DNA of 64,000 nt from the NCBI GenBank assembly GCA_051532055.1, contig JAOPTX010000007.1, forward strand, positions 96,001 to 160,000. Reading direction: 5' to 3'. Below are positions 30,521 to 40,346 of this stretch, one piece after another (positions within the stretch are counted from its first letter, which is position 1; every line of letters starts with the position of its first letter). The notes under the pieces are model-generated. The model was not told where the DNA came from, did not search any database, and saw only the letters and a list, made by a program, of their open reading frames with translations. This DNA is from Fibrobacterales bacterium. GTDB lineage: Bacteria > Fibrobacterota > Fibrobacteria > Fibrobacterales > JAOPTW01. A program made the translations under genes and the position numbers.

Positions 30521-30708
30521 TACACCTTCATTTTTCCTATTTCTCCCAACAACTGTTTAAAAGGCAGCTCAAAAACAGCTTTTCTTAGCCACTATCACTC
30601 AAGAGATCGAAACTTCTATAATTTTTAAAGCTGTATACTTTAATTATACCTCTTAAATTTAAAAAGCTTATATTATACATAGAGTTACCTTGTAACACCG
30701 GAGTCAAA

Positions 30709-31233
30709 ATGAAGTATTTACTCGCCATAGCAGCTACAACCCTCATAGCATGCACTTCAACTAAATCAACATCTGATACGCAAGTAACCACACAACCTAC
30801 CGCAGTGACCTTATACGAAAGCAGCGATAACGACGAGCGATTCCTAACTATGAAACCAAGTATTCTTGGAAAGTCCGGCATGAAACTGAGTCTCAAAAAA
30901 AGAGAATCCATGAGAGCAGATGCAGTGCTCCTTGTCGCTACACTCCCTGGAAAATGTGAAGACCTCGAGGCAAACATCAGCTTTGATATTGACGGAACAT
31001 ACTATTTTTTCCCAGCCAAAGAAGACGAGTCTCAGTGCCACAACAATCCACAACAAGGAACCACAAAAACAGTGGGCACCTATCTCGTCGATCTACGATT
31101 TATTGAAACTGTCCTGAGAGCGCGCCAAGTACACATTATCCTCGGCACAACAATGGGAACCTTTTCGAAAGGCGGCTTCTCAACCGCCCAATATGGCTTT
31201 AAAGAATTTTTGGCCAAAGTGAACATGCTGTAA
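30709..31233 (+). CDS. Hypothetical lipoprotein
   Basis: Lipobox LIAC; GGAG RBS. Confidence 0.65.
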   Translation: MKYLLAIAATTLIACTSTKSTSDTQVTTQPTAVTLYESSDNDERFLTMKPSILGKSGMKLSLKKRESMRADAVLLVATLPGKCEDLEANISFDIDGTYYFFPAKEDESQCHNNPQQGTTKTVGTYLVDLRFIETVLRARQVHIILGTTMGTFSKGGFSTAQYGFKEFLAKVNML

Positions 31234-31310
31234 GACCTTTAAGAGCAAGGGGCGCACCTCTTATGTTTGTGTACCCATTTAATCTACCGCTACGTCTCTT
31301 GCTCTTCCCT

Positions 31311-33326
31311 CTACATCCCATCAACAACATGATATGGGGTGTTACTCGCCCCTATTAGCTTTGTATACACATTCTGCACCGTTTGACTTGCCAGACCAGG
31401 GTAAACCTCAACAACGCCACGTGTAGGACAATTATCACCAAAATCAATTGGGCTATTTGATTTATCATAACAGTCATTACATGCAGAACCACTCAGCATG
31501 CCACACTGAACCCCTGCATTCTCACAACTGTTAGCCATTATATAATAGTCAAGTGTTATATTATCAAGCATACTCGACCCAAGCCAGATGATAAAGAAAT
31601 ACTGCTCTGCATCACCCCACCAAACACCAGCGCCCCAATTAAAAGACCCGATACGATTGATCATCTTTCTCATGAGCCCATCAATACTTGGGTTGTACGC
31701 CTCTGGAGCAAATGCTCCGTACCACTTGCCAACATCTGTCATCTGGGGAGGGCTTGTTATATCACACACATCACCGACCGTACAATATTTTCTCTCGGCC
31801 TTCCACCAGTTACTGTTATCATTCGCGCCATTCATCTGACTCGCCACAAAGGTCATTGAATGGTGATACATATCAAACGTTTCATCTGCAATAGTAACCT
31901 GAGTTTTTTGCTCCATCATTCCTTGCGCTGGACCTGTTGGATTTCCACAGGTCCCAGTATAGGTATTACTGCCATTGAGGCCATCGAGATATCGACGCAC
32001 ACCAAAAAAAGTAAGAGCCTTAACGGAATAAATCGACGCCGGGATCATACCTTCCGGATTCTTCGGCATGAAAAAGTTAAACCCAATGGTTTCAGCATAA
32101 AAATTAGGCATACACTCATCTTGAGGACCCGACAAATGGCAACCTGGGCACGCTGAACCACCCCCAAAATTATGCCCTGCAATATTTACCGCTGTTTGAC
32201 CAGGAATATCTATGGCGTGAAAACTCCCGCCCATATCGCTCGGCGATACTTCTGCACGACACCACTCCGGCTGCATTACACGACCAGACTCGATTACAAT
32301 ACCACTTGCATCAAAATTACACACATTGAGCCCACCCATCTGACGTGAACTCATATCGAGAGCATTGAGCGCATCCATACCCTCCGAGCCAGTAAAACCT
32401 CCCTGAGCCACACCCACATAGGTTAATTTATAGGAATCATTTTTCATGATTTCCATTAAAAAACTCATTACCGACAACATGAGAAAGTTTTTATCATGCT
32501 CAGACTCATTACGATAATTAAAGGTGTAATTCAGACCTGTTTCAAAAGCACCTCCCTCCGGAACGGTAATCATATTCGAGCCACCACCAACGGTAAATTG
32601 ATCGCCATGATATGCAGTCACACCACCAAAGAGCTCCACTAAATAAATATACGCCAACTGCTCTTGAGTAATAAAAACATAACCCTTTTCAACGAGAGCC
32701 GCGCCGCCTTGAATATCAATCCACGGAAGCTCCCCCTGGGCATAGCCTTTAAAAGGACTCCCCGCAGCAAGATTGCGCGCCCAATCATTTAACGCATCTA
32801 TTTCAGCATCACTCCAAGAGAACCCTTCCGGAAATGCATAAAACCCCTCATTCAGAACTCTATGAAAATCCACCTCCTGAGGGTCAATAGATATCGTCAC
32901 TTTTTTAGGCTCAGGGTAGATAAAAAACATCCCCGGCTCCACGGTACTCTCTAAATAAACTGAAGATGAACTCTGCCCTGAACTTATACTCTCTCCACTT
33001 GAATGCAACACCGTAGACGATCCCGCACTTACCGAACTTTCGTTTTTACTATCCGAGCTCCCAATCAACGAATCACCTGAAGAACTGTACTGGGTATCCT
33101 TAAGCGATGAACTGCGCTGCCCTTCTGAACTGACAGATTCTGATTGGGACAACTCAGAGTCATCACTCAACTGAGTCTCACTCGACTCAAAGACTTCAGA
33201 CGATACACCTTCATCACTACTCTGTGATCTACTCTCAATCCGACCAACATCTTGACTACATGATATCATGAAAAAAACTAAGCAAAAAGCTAAAACACAA
33301 TAGTTGACGCTAACGAGATACTTCAT
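31311..33326 (-). CDS. Ser-linker lipoprotein with canonical PARG-like (poly(ADP-ribose) glycohydrolase-fold) catalytic domain
   Basis: Lipobox MISC and about 100-aa Ser-rich linker, then the ordered motifs ITQEQLAYI, VNIAGHNFGGG-x11-QDE..NFYAE, ALTFFGVRRY, DVGKWYGAF, NWGAGVWWGD....IIWLGSS and TVQNVY. These match, as recalled, the motif order of the canonical PARG catalytic domain. Confidence 0.65.
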   Translation of the reverse strand: MKYLVSVNYCVLAFCLVFFMISCSQDVGRIESRSQSSDEGVSSEVFESSETQLSDDSELSQSESVSSEGQRSSSLKDTQYSSSGDSLIGSSDSKNESSVSAGSSTVLHSSGESISSGQSSSSVYLESTVEPGMFFIYPEPKKVTISIDPQEVDFHRVLNEGFYAFPEGFSWSDAEIDALNDWARNLAAGSPFKGYAQGELPWIDIQGGAALVEKGYVFITQEQLAYIYLVELFGGVTAYHGDQFTVGGGSNMITVPEGGAFETGLNYTFNYRNESEHDKNFLMLSVMSFLMEIMKNDSYKLTYVGVAQGGFTGSEGMDALNALDMSSRQMGGLNVCNFDASGIVIESGRVMQPEWCRAEVSPSDMGGSFHAIDIPGQTAVNIAGHNFGGGSACPGCHLSGPQDECMPNFYAETIGFNFFMPKNPEGMIPASIYSVKALTFFGVRRYLDGLNGSNTYTGTCGNPTGPAQGMMEQKTQVTIADETFDMYHHSMTFVASQMNGANDNSNWWKAERKYCTVGDVCDITSPPQMTDVGKWYGAFAPEAYNPSIDGLMRKMINRIGSFNWGAGVWWGDAEQYFFIIWLGSSMLDNITLDYYIMANSCENAGVQCGMLSGSACNDCYDKSNSPIDFGDNCPTRGVVEVYPGLASQTVQNVYTKLIGASNTPYHVVDGM

Positions 33327-33445
33327 TTACCCCCCTCATGGTATGTAGGTAATATATACTAATTTCTCATAATGTACAATTAACATAATGTATAATCAAT
33401 CAACAAAAACCATCAAAAACAGCTCCAAACCCCCTAAGAGAGCAC

Positions 33446-36400
33446 TTATGCCACAATACTACACCCTGGGCCATCCAGCACACTTTTCCCACCTTCAATT
33501 GAAGTGACAACGATTTGAGTTTCTATACGCGCTTTGAGTGCTGGAACATGAGATATTACCCCAATGAGCTTCCCCTCTTCATGCAACCCTGACAATGCAT
33601 TCAAGGCAACCTCAAGAGAGTCTTCATCAAGTGTGCCAAAACCCTCATCCAAGAAAAGAGAATCAATGCGCACTCGTTTACTCGCCATCTTTGAAAGCCC
33701 TAAGGCAAGAGCTAAGCTTACAATAAAACTCTCTCCTCCAGAGAGGTTTTTTGTGGAGCGTTCAACACACCCTTGATGCGCATCGATAACATTAAGCTCA
33801 AGTGGCTTTTCTGCATCACGAACCAACAAATAACGATCACTCATGTTTTGAAGTTGCGTATTAGCATGACCTATCATAACTTCAAAAGTGAGTCCCTGTG
33901 CAAAATCACGATACTTTTTTCCATCATTTGATCCAATATACAAATGCAATGTATTCCAACGATCACACTCTCTCTTTTGGGCAGCGATTGCATCAGCACC
34001 ACCAGCAAGCAACGCCTTCTGCTCTTCATTCACTGAGAGTTTATTCTGCGCTTCACCCACTTGTTTCTGTAGTGCCGCAATACTTTCTGCTCGCTGCGCC
34101 CTCTCCCCTGTCAACATCTCAAGTGTCATTTCTGAGTTACAACGCGCTTGTTTGTTTTTTATGGAAGCCTCAAGTTCTTCAATAACCGAATGAATACGAA
34201 CTCGTTCATCATTCAAAGCCTTCCCCTGACTTTTTAATTCTCGCAATGTATCAGGCGCAATCCGTATGGATACAAACTGCTCTTCTGAATCAATCCCCAA
34301 CAGCTGTATAGCCTGTATCAGCTGTTCACTCTGTTGAGCTATCAACAACTGATGCTCTGATATTAATTGAGCATTACTATTTAACCGCACCTCAACTTCA
34401 TTACTCAATCTGGCAGCTCCATCCCTTTTTTGACGCGCCTGTTCAAGTAACAAATCTAGTTTCTTCTCTTCTGTTCTTAATAGCCTTTCTTCTTCTAGAC
34501 ACACCTTCGAACCAAAGATCTCTACACGCTGACTTTGAACCTCTTGAAGGCCTACTGTAGCAGCTTCGACAAGCATCTCTTTATCTACGCACCCTTGAGC
34601 CAACTGAGCAGCCTGAGTATCACACCCTTGTAAATCGGCATTGAGTTGTACCAATCTATTTTGCACTTGCCGTTCTTTCACCTGACCCGCATCCCAAAAC
34701 CGCCGACGATCCATCAGTTCTTTCTTGATCTCATCTATACTGGAAACATCAATGTCGCTATACCCATATTTATCTATTAGGACCCCCAACTCACGACACC
34801 CTTTATCTTGAATCCCTACTAATTCATCTACCTCGTCACTCATCCCTTTAAGAGATTCTTGATGATTTTTAATGGTCATCTCAAATTGACTGAGCTCCGA
34901 CTGACACTTTTGTACTTCAAGAATCAAACGTGATTCACTAACCTTCAATTCCTGCTCTTTAGTATTCAACTGCTGTATCACCGTCATCCGCTCTTGAACT
35001 GAAGTAATCATCACTTCAGTTACACTCGGTTCCGGCACATTCCCTAATGCCCATGGGTGCTCTTGAGCACCACACAACGGGCACTCTTTTCCATCTTCAA
35101 GCTTTCTCCGTTCATCCTCAAGATGAACCACTTGCAACTGAAATTGTTTCAGTTCACTTAAATGTTGTAATTCACGCCCATACTCTTCAAGCTCTTTACC
35201 TGCAAGCTGCCGCACCCTCTGCTCTATCACATAGCCGACCTGATCTCCACACTCAGACACCTTATTTTCAGCCCTATTTAAACTCTGATTCAACTGCTCA
35301 TGATACTCAGCCTGCTGCTCTGTATTTCGTTCTTGTGACGCTAATCGTTCTTTTTGTGCCGCAATCTTTTGCGATCCTTCTCTCATTCTATTCATCAGTA
35401 AGTCTATGACTGCTAGTTCAGAGCTTAATACCCCATCATCAGGATGTTCAGCCAAATATATCTGAACTTTCTCAAGCTCCTCAACTTGGAGCCTTCGTTC
35501 CTGCTGAACCTCTTTTTGTCGAACCATTTGCTCAGCCTGCTTCTTCTGATGTTGTTGCAACTCATTGTCACGACTCTTTACAGCCTCCGTGCGTTCATGC
35601 AGTAATCGATCAAGAGCTGTCACCTCCACAATAAGACCTCTCATGTCCTTTGCCTTGGCTACAAACACACTCTGAGCATGTTGAGCCTCAGCGAACGCCA
35701 ATTCACTCTGAGCACCCTGTTCTTTAAGATTCGGCAGATCAAGCTCCAACCGAACTTTTTCTTTTTCATCACGCTGTAACTGTATCCTGCGCGCCTGAAG
35801 AGTACTATAAAGCCCTTCATACTCTTGAGCCTTTTCAGCTCGTTCAATCTTTTTCTCTTGAGATGAAAACCGCTCAGTTTCAACACTATTCTTTTCTCGT
35901 AGCCCCTTTTGCTCTTCAAAATTTTTAAGTAGTTGAGCTACCTCTGTACACCTCTGTATCTCTTCTATAACTTCTTGCTCACGTATTTTTTCTTTATCAG
36001 CTAACTCTTGCGCATTCTTACACTGAGCCTGTAACTCACTCTCTGCTTCAGTACTCAAAATAGAAATGTGTTTTGTATTCGACTCAAGATCTTCAAGGGA
36101 AGACCGCTCTACAGACCGTCGACGATGCACCTCTTTTGAAATATCCGAATAAAGGTCTGTACCAGTAATTTGCTCTAATATAACCGAGCGATCATCAGAG
36201 GTCGATTTTAAAAATGCAGCAAAATCACCTTGAGCCAACAATATAGAACGAGTAAATCGTTTAAAATCAAGTCCCGTACATTGCTCAATATACGCCGCAA
36301 CATTTTTTTTCTTGTCTTCTAAAATCGTGCCTTCACCATCAGAAACAGTATGAGTATAATCCTGAAGCTTACCTGCAGCATTCCCCCTTGAGCGACGCTG

Positions 36401-36694
36401 TTTCCATGACGCCCTATACAAACCCTCTTGTGTTTCAAAAAGAACCTCTGCACCACATTCTGCTGTATGCCGAGAAAGAATTTCATTTCCACCCGTTTTA
36501 TTAACCGTTTCAAGACGAGGTGTACGTCCATAGAGTGCCAAAGATAAGGCATCTAAAATAGTTGATTTACCAGCCCCTGTCGGCCCTGTTATTGCAAATA
36601 TTCCATGCACCAAAAATTCAGGATCTTGAAAGTCAATAACCCAATCACCATAAAGAGAATTTAAATTTTTAAAACGCAGTTCATGAATCTTCAT
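33446..36694 (-). CDS. sbcC: SbcC (Rad50-like) ATPase
   Basis: GPTGAGKS Walker A, LAQGDF, CPLCG zinc hook, coiled coils, LSGGE signature, FLDEGFGTLD. Confidence 0.95.
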   Translation of the reverse strand: MKIHELRFKNLNSLYGDWVIDFQDPEFLVHGIFAITGPTGAGKSTILDALSLALYGRTPRLETVNKTGGNEILSRHTAECGAEVLFETQEGLYRASWKQRRSRGNAAGKLQDYTHTVSDGEGTILEDKKKNVAAYIEQCTGLDFKRFTRSILLAQGDFAAFLKSTSDDRSVILEQITGTDLYSDISKEVHRRRSVERSSLEDLESNTKHISILSTEAESELQAQCKNAQELADKEKIREQEVIEEIQRCTEVAQLLKNFEEQKGLREKNSVETERFSSQEKKIERAEKAQEYEGLYSTLQARRIQLQRDEKEKVRLELDLPNLKEQGAQSELAFAEAQHAQSVFVAKAKDMRGLIVEVTALDRLLHERTEAVKSRDNELQQHQKKQAEQMVRQKEVQQERRLQVEELEKVQIYLAEHPDDGVLSSELAVIDLLMNRMREGSQKIAAQKERLASQERNTEQQAEYHEQLNQSLNRAENKVSECGDQVGYVIEQRVRQLAGKELEEYGRELQHLSELKQFQLQVVHLEDERRKLEDGKECPLCGAQEHPWALGNVPEPSVTEVMITSVQERMTVIQQLNTKEQELKVSESRLILEVQKCQSELSQFEMTIKNHQESLKGMSDEVDELVGIQDKGCRELGVLIDKYGYSDIDVSSIDEIKKELMDRRRFWDAGQVKERQVQNRLVQLNADLQGCDTQAAQLAQGCVDKEMLVEAATVGLQEVQSQRVEIFGSKVCLEEERLLRTEEKKLDLLLEQARQKRDGAARLSNEVEVRLNSNAQLISEHQLLIAQQSEQLIQAIQLLGIDSEEQFVSIRIAPDTLRELKSQGKALNDERVRIHSVIEELEASIKNKQARCNSEMTLEMLTGERAQRAESIAALQKQVGEAQNKLSVNEEQKALLAGGADAIAAQKRECDRWNTLHLYIGSNDGKKYRDFAQGLTFEVMIGHANTQLQNMSDRYLLVRDAEKPLELNVIDAHQGCVERSTKNLSGGESFIVSLALALGLSKMASKRVRIDSLFLDEGFGTLDEDSLEVALNALSGLHEEGKLIGVISHVPALKARIETQIVVTSIEGGKSVLDGPGCSIVA

Positions 36695-36697
36695 ATA

Positions 36698-37927
36698 CTA
36701 CTCCGCCCGTATATCTGTTTCGTGAAGTGTTGATACTGCTTCGATATAAGTCGCCAACAATGCCTCATGTTCACTCTGATCCACTTCTTTAATTTCGAGC
36801 AATTTTTTAAACACCTCAATATCACTGAGCTCATCGAGTACTTCTTGTGCAGCAGTTCTGTGAAGCACCGACTCAACTACCCGTCTATTCTTTACTAAGA
36901 GCACTGCTAAACTGCTTTCTACAACACACTCTACTACTTGTTCATTTAAATCTGGCACCGTTGCAGCCCCCGTATACTCAACCTCAATCCACGCAGCACT
37001 CTCTGCCGCTTTTAATCTATCAATAGCTAACTCTATCTCTTCAAGGGTACCCGATATTCGCTCTAGCGCCTGAAACACAGGTACCGATTGTTCTTCAATA
37101 GTTGGACGGCTTCCTTCAAATGATACAACAATAATTTGCTTATCCTGATACGCTTCACCAAACCCCATGGCAAGTGGAGAACCACAATAGCGAAAATGCT
37201 CAACTCCACCTACTTTTTGTGGTACATGTAAATGCCCGAGAGCCAAATAATCGATACAGTCTGGAAATGCCTCCGCACCAATATGTCCTAAATTGCCCAC
37301 ATAGAGATCGCGCACACCATCACCATCAACAGTAGAGCCACCTGCAGCAAAAAGATGCCCCATCCCTATCAGTGGTACCGCCTTTGAATATTGACTCATG
37401 CGTTTCATTGCAACATCGCACACTTCAGCATAATGTCGCTTGACCCCCTCGACCAATTTTCGTTGTTTGTCATCTACCGACTCACCCGCTTCAACCTTTC
37501 GTATATCACGATCACGCAAATAAGGTACAGCACACACTACAGCTTCTACAGTGCCATTCTCAGAATATAATTCAATAATTTCATCTTCTCTATTCTCGGT
37601 CACCGATCCAATAATATGGACATCAAGTAGATAAAGAAGCTCTTTGGGCGCATTAAGAAGTGAAGCCGAATCATGATTCCCTCCAATAATTACCACATGA
37701 CGACATGGAGTCTTCGAGACCTCAACTAAAAAAGTGTAATAAAGCTTTAGAGCACGATTACTCGGCGCAATTGTATCAAACACATCACCTGCAATTAAAA
37801 GAGCATCAATTTCCTGTACAACAATTTGCTGTACAACCCAAGTCAAAAATGCCTGATATTCGTCATAGCGTTTTTTTCTATGGAGTGAATGACCTATATG
37901 CCAATCTGATGTATGGAGAACTCTCAT
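36698..37927 (-). CDS. sbcD: SbcD (Mre11-like) nuclease
   Basis: HTSDWHIG, AGDVFD, GNHDS and YLALGHLH motifs; in an operon with sbcC. Confidence 0.95.
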   Translation of the reverse strand: MRVLHTSDWHIGHSLHRKKRYDEYQAFLTWVVQQIVVQEIDALLIAGDVFDTIAPSNRALKLYYTFLVEVSKTPCRHVVIIGGNHDSASLLNAPKELLYLLDVHIIGSVTENREDEIIELYSENGTVEAVVCAVPYLRDRDIRKVEAGESVDDKQRKLVEGVKRHYAEVCDVAMKRMSQYSKAVPLIGMGHLFAAGGSTVDGDGVRDLYVGNLGHIGAEAFPDCIDYLALGHLHVPQKVGGVEHFRYCGSPLAMGFGEAYQDKQIIVVSFEGSRPTIEEQSVPVFQALERISGTLEEIELAIDRLKAAESAAWIEVEYTGAATVPDLNEQVVECVVESSLAVLLVKNRRVVESVLHRTAAQEVLDELSDIEVFKKLLEIKEVDQSEHEALLATYIEAVSTLHETDIRAE

Positions 37928-38479
37928 GGGCCCCTTTAACTCGTTCTATTTTATAATTATCAAATATAGAAAAGAAGCGAGACAGTTTTTGTCCCTCTAG
38001 AGATTCAATACAACTATCCAGTACTTTGATTCAACCAACTACAATGAAGGTAGACCCGTGCTCACAAAGTGTGAACGATTAATAGGCAACTGACTAATAA
38101 TCCATTTTAAATGAGCTCACCGCAATCTACTTTGTTAATAGAGCTTACAACCAACTAAGAATATGACCGACTCATTTAAAGAGAAACCCCTTGTTGAAAA
38201 CATAAAGCTACAAGCCAGAAAGATTAAAACTTGGGTAATTGAACAATTATTTTACTCTATATAGCCATAGAGCCCTGTGACAATGATCACTTTGAGTACG
38301 CTTTTGGAACGTTCAATTGTAATATTTAAAGTAACAGTATTGAATTCTTCCGGTGAAAATTTATCATTGAGATATCCGGTTTGGGGAGGGAATTATTTTA
38401 CACCTAAGAATCGGATGATTTTTGGTAGGGCATAAGCCGTTGAACTCTGAACGCTCTATTTAAAAATCATAAATACTTG

Positions 38480-38546
38480 AAAAGCGGAATACTATTCCGC
38501 TTTTTTATTTCCATAAAAAAAGCCCATCCAACAATAGGACGGGCTT
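38480..38546. terminator. Two adjacent terminator hairpins downstream of sulP
   Basis: AAAAGCGGAAT-ACT-ATTCCGCTTTTTT, and AAAAAAAGCCCATCC...GGACGGGCTT. Confidence 0.7.
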
Positions 38547-38574
38547 CTTATAAGCTTTTCATTAACTTCTTTAC

Positions 38575-40110
38575 TTATTGACCAAGATCATCACTCAATA
38601 CTTTGTATGTCGGATCTTCTTTCACATTCACTTCAATAAGCGCTTCTGCATTTTTAAGGAGTTTACGACAATCAGTACTGAGATGCTTTATATGTACTGT
38701 TTTACCCACTTTAAGATAGCGCTCAGTCAATTTATTCAGCGCCTCAATTGCGGACATATCAACAATACGACTCTCTTCAAAATCAATCTCAACATCTTGT
38801 GGATCATTGAGAATATCAAATTTCTCATTAAATGCGGTGATTGAACCAAAGAACAGAGGGCCATAAATCTCGTAATGCTTAACCCCTTTTTCATCAACAT
38901 ATTTTCGTGCACGAATACGTACTGCACTATCCCACGCAAAAACGAGAGCCGAAATAATGACCCCAACAATTACTGCAAGAGCCAAATTGTGTAGGAAGAC
39001 TGTTACGAGAGTCACCATGATCATTACAAAAATATCAGAGTTTGGCATTCTCTTAAAGGTTTTAAGACTCGCCCATTCAAAGGTTCCCACCGAAACCATA
39101 ATCATAAGTCCAGTCAATGCCGCCATAGGAAGCTGCTCTATGAGTGACGCCCCAAACATAATAAACATAAGAAGAAGTACTGCAGCAACTACTCCAGAAA
39201 CTCTCGAGCGAGCGCCGTTAGAGACATTGATCAAACTCTGGCCAATCATTGCACATCCACCCATTCCAGAAAACACTCCTGAAAGAATATTTGCCGCACC
39301 TTGCGCCACAGCCTCTTTGTTACCACGACCACGAGTCTCTGTAATTTCATCAACAATATTTAACGTCAATAGACTCTCAATAAGACCAACACCTGCCACT
39401 ATTGAAGCATATGGAAAAATAATGGTCAAGGTTTCCCAAGTAAAGGGAATTGCCGGAATATGAAACGGAGGGAACCCACCTTTAATAGAGGCAAGGTCAC
39501 CCACCGTTTTTGTATCAATATCGAAAATAACTACCACTCCGAAGACAAAAAGTATTGCAGTAAGTGCAGAAGGAATTGATTTATTCAATTTAGGAAGCCC
39601 CCAAATAATCAATATCGCAACGCCAACCAAACCAAGCATGACAGCAAGCGGGCCGCCAGTTAACCACGAACCAGATCCATCTTTAAATTGATCGAGTTGT
39701 GACATAAAAATTATTATCGCAAGACCATTCACAAAACCAAAGATCACCGAATGAGGAACTAATCGCATCAGCTTACCGAGCCGCAAGCCACCAGCGAGCA
39801 CTTGAAATATCCCCGCAAGCACCACTGCCGCAAAGACATACTCAACACCATGATCTTTTACCAAAGAAACAATAACAACAGCAATTGCCCCTGTAGCCCC
39901 AGAAATCATCCCTGGACGCCCACCAAAAATAGAGGTCACCAAACCAAGAACAAACGCAGCATAGAGACCAGTGAGTGGAGATAGGCCGGCAATCATTGCA
40001 AATGCAACTGCTTCAGGAACCAATGCAAGCGCAACAGTCAACCCCGACAGCACTTCGGTCCTATAATTAATCTCTTTTGAAAACTTAAAAAGGTTTAAGT
40101 ACTTTTCCAT
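38575..40110 (-). CDS. SulP/SLC26-family anion transporter with STAS domain
   Basis: GLTVALALVPEAVAF, GGRPGMISGATGA, GGCAMIGQS and GPLFFGS motifs. Confidence 0.93.
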   Translation of the reverse strand: MEKYLNLFKFSKEINYRTEVLSGLTVALALVPEAVAFAMIAGLSPLTGLYAAFVLGLVTSIFGGRPGMISGATGAIAVVIVSLVKDHGVEYVFAAVVLAGIFQVLAGGLRLGKLMRLVPHSVIFGFVNGLAIIIFMSQLDQFKDGSGSWLTGGPLAVMLGLVGVAILIIWGLPKLNKSIPSALTAILFVFGVVVIFDIDTKTVGDLASIKGGFPPFHIPAIPFTWETLTIIFPYASIVAGVGLIESLLTLNIVDEITETRGRGNKEAVAQGAANILSGVFSGMGGCAMIGQSLINVSNGARSRVSGVVAAVLLLMFIMFGASLIEQLPMAALTGLMIMVSVGTFEWASLKTFKRMPNSDIFVMIMVTLVTVFLHNLALAVIVGVIISALVFAWDSAVRIRARKYVDEKGVKHYEIYGPLFFGSITAFNEKFDILNDPQDVEIDFEESRIVDMSAIEALNKLTERYLKVGKTVHIKHLSTDCRKLLKNAEALIEVNVKEDPTYKVLSDDLGQ

Positions 40111-40184
40111 TATTCCCCCTGACTCAATGACAATTCAGGTAGTAGCTGAACTGCATTGCATGTGAATGTTTGGTGATTTCTCAT
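40110..40184 (-). other. Candidate 24-codon upstream ORF overlapping the sulP start (TAATG)
   Basis: Translates as MRNHQTFTCNAVQLLPELSLSQGE*. Its stop shares an A with the sulP ATG, and it begins 7 nt after TATCTTTG. Confidence 0.35.
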
Positions 40185-40346
40185 CTGAGCGCAAAGATAG
40201 TTTATTCCATAACTATCTCAATAGAGACCCCTGATTAATCAAAACTCTTTACACCCTCAAAACCGTCCAAATTTATGACGTCCACCATTGTAAACTCAGA
40301 CAACCATTTATACCTTATACTTGATTCATTTGAGATCTACACTACT

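Noticed and set aside
33446..37927. SMC-like anti-plasmid or anti-phage defence system
   Set aside because: Ordinary sbcD-sbcC pair with a zinc hook and no accessory defence genes.
38957..39463. 168-aa antisense ORF within sulP, and similar antisense ORFs in topB, lon, the GPH transporter and others
   Set aside because: Shadow ORFs of conserved genes with no recognisable motifs or RBS.
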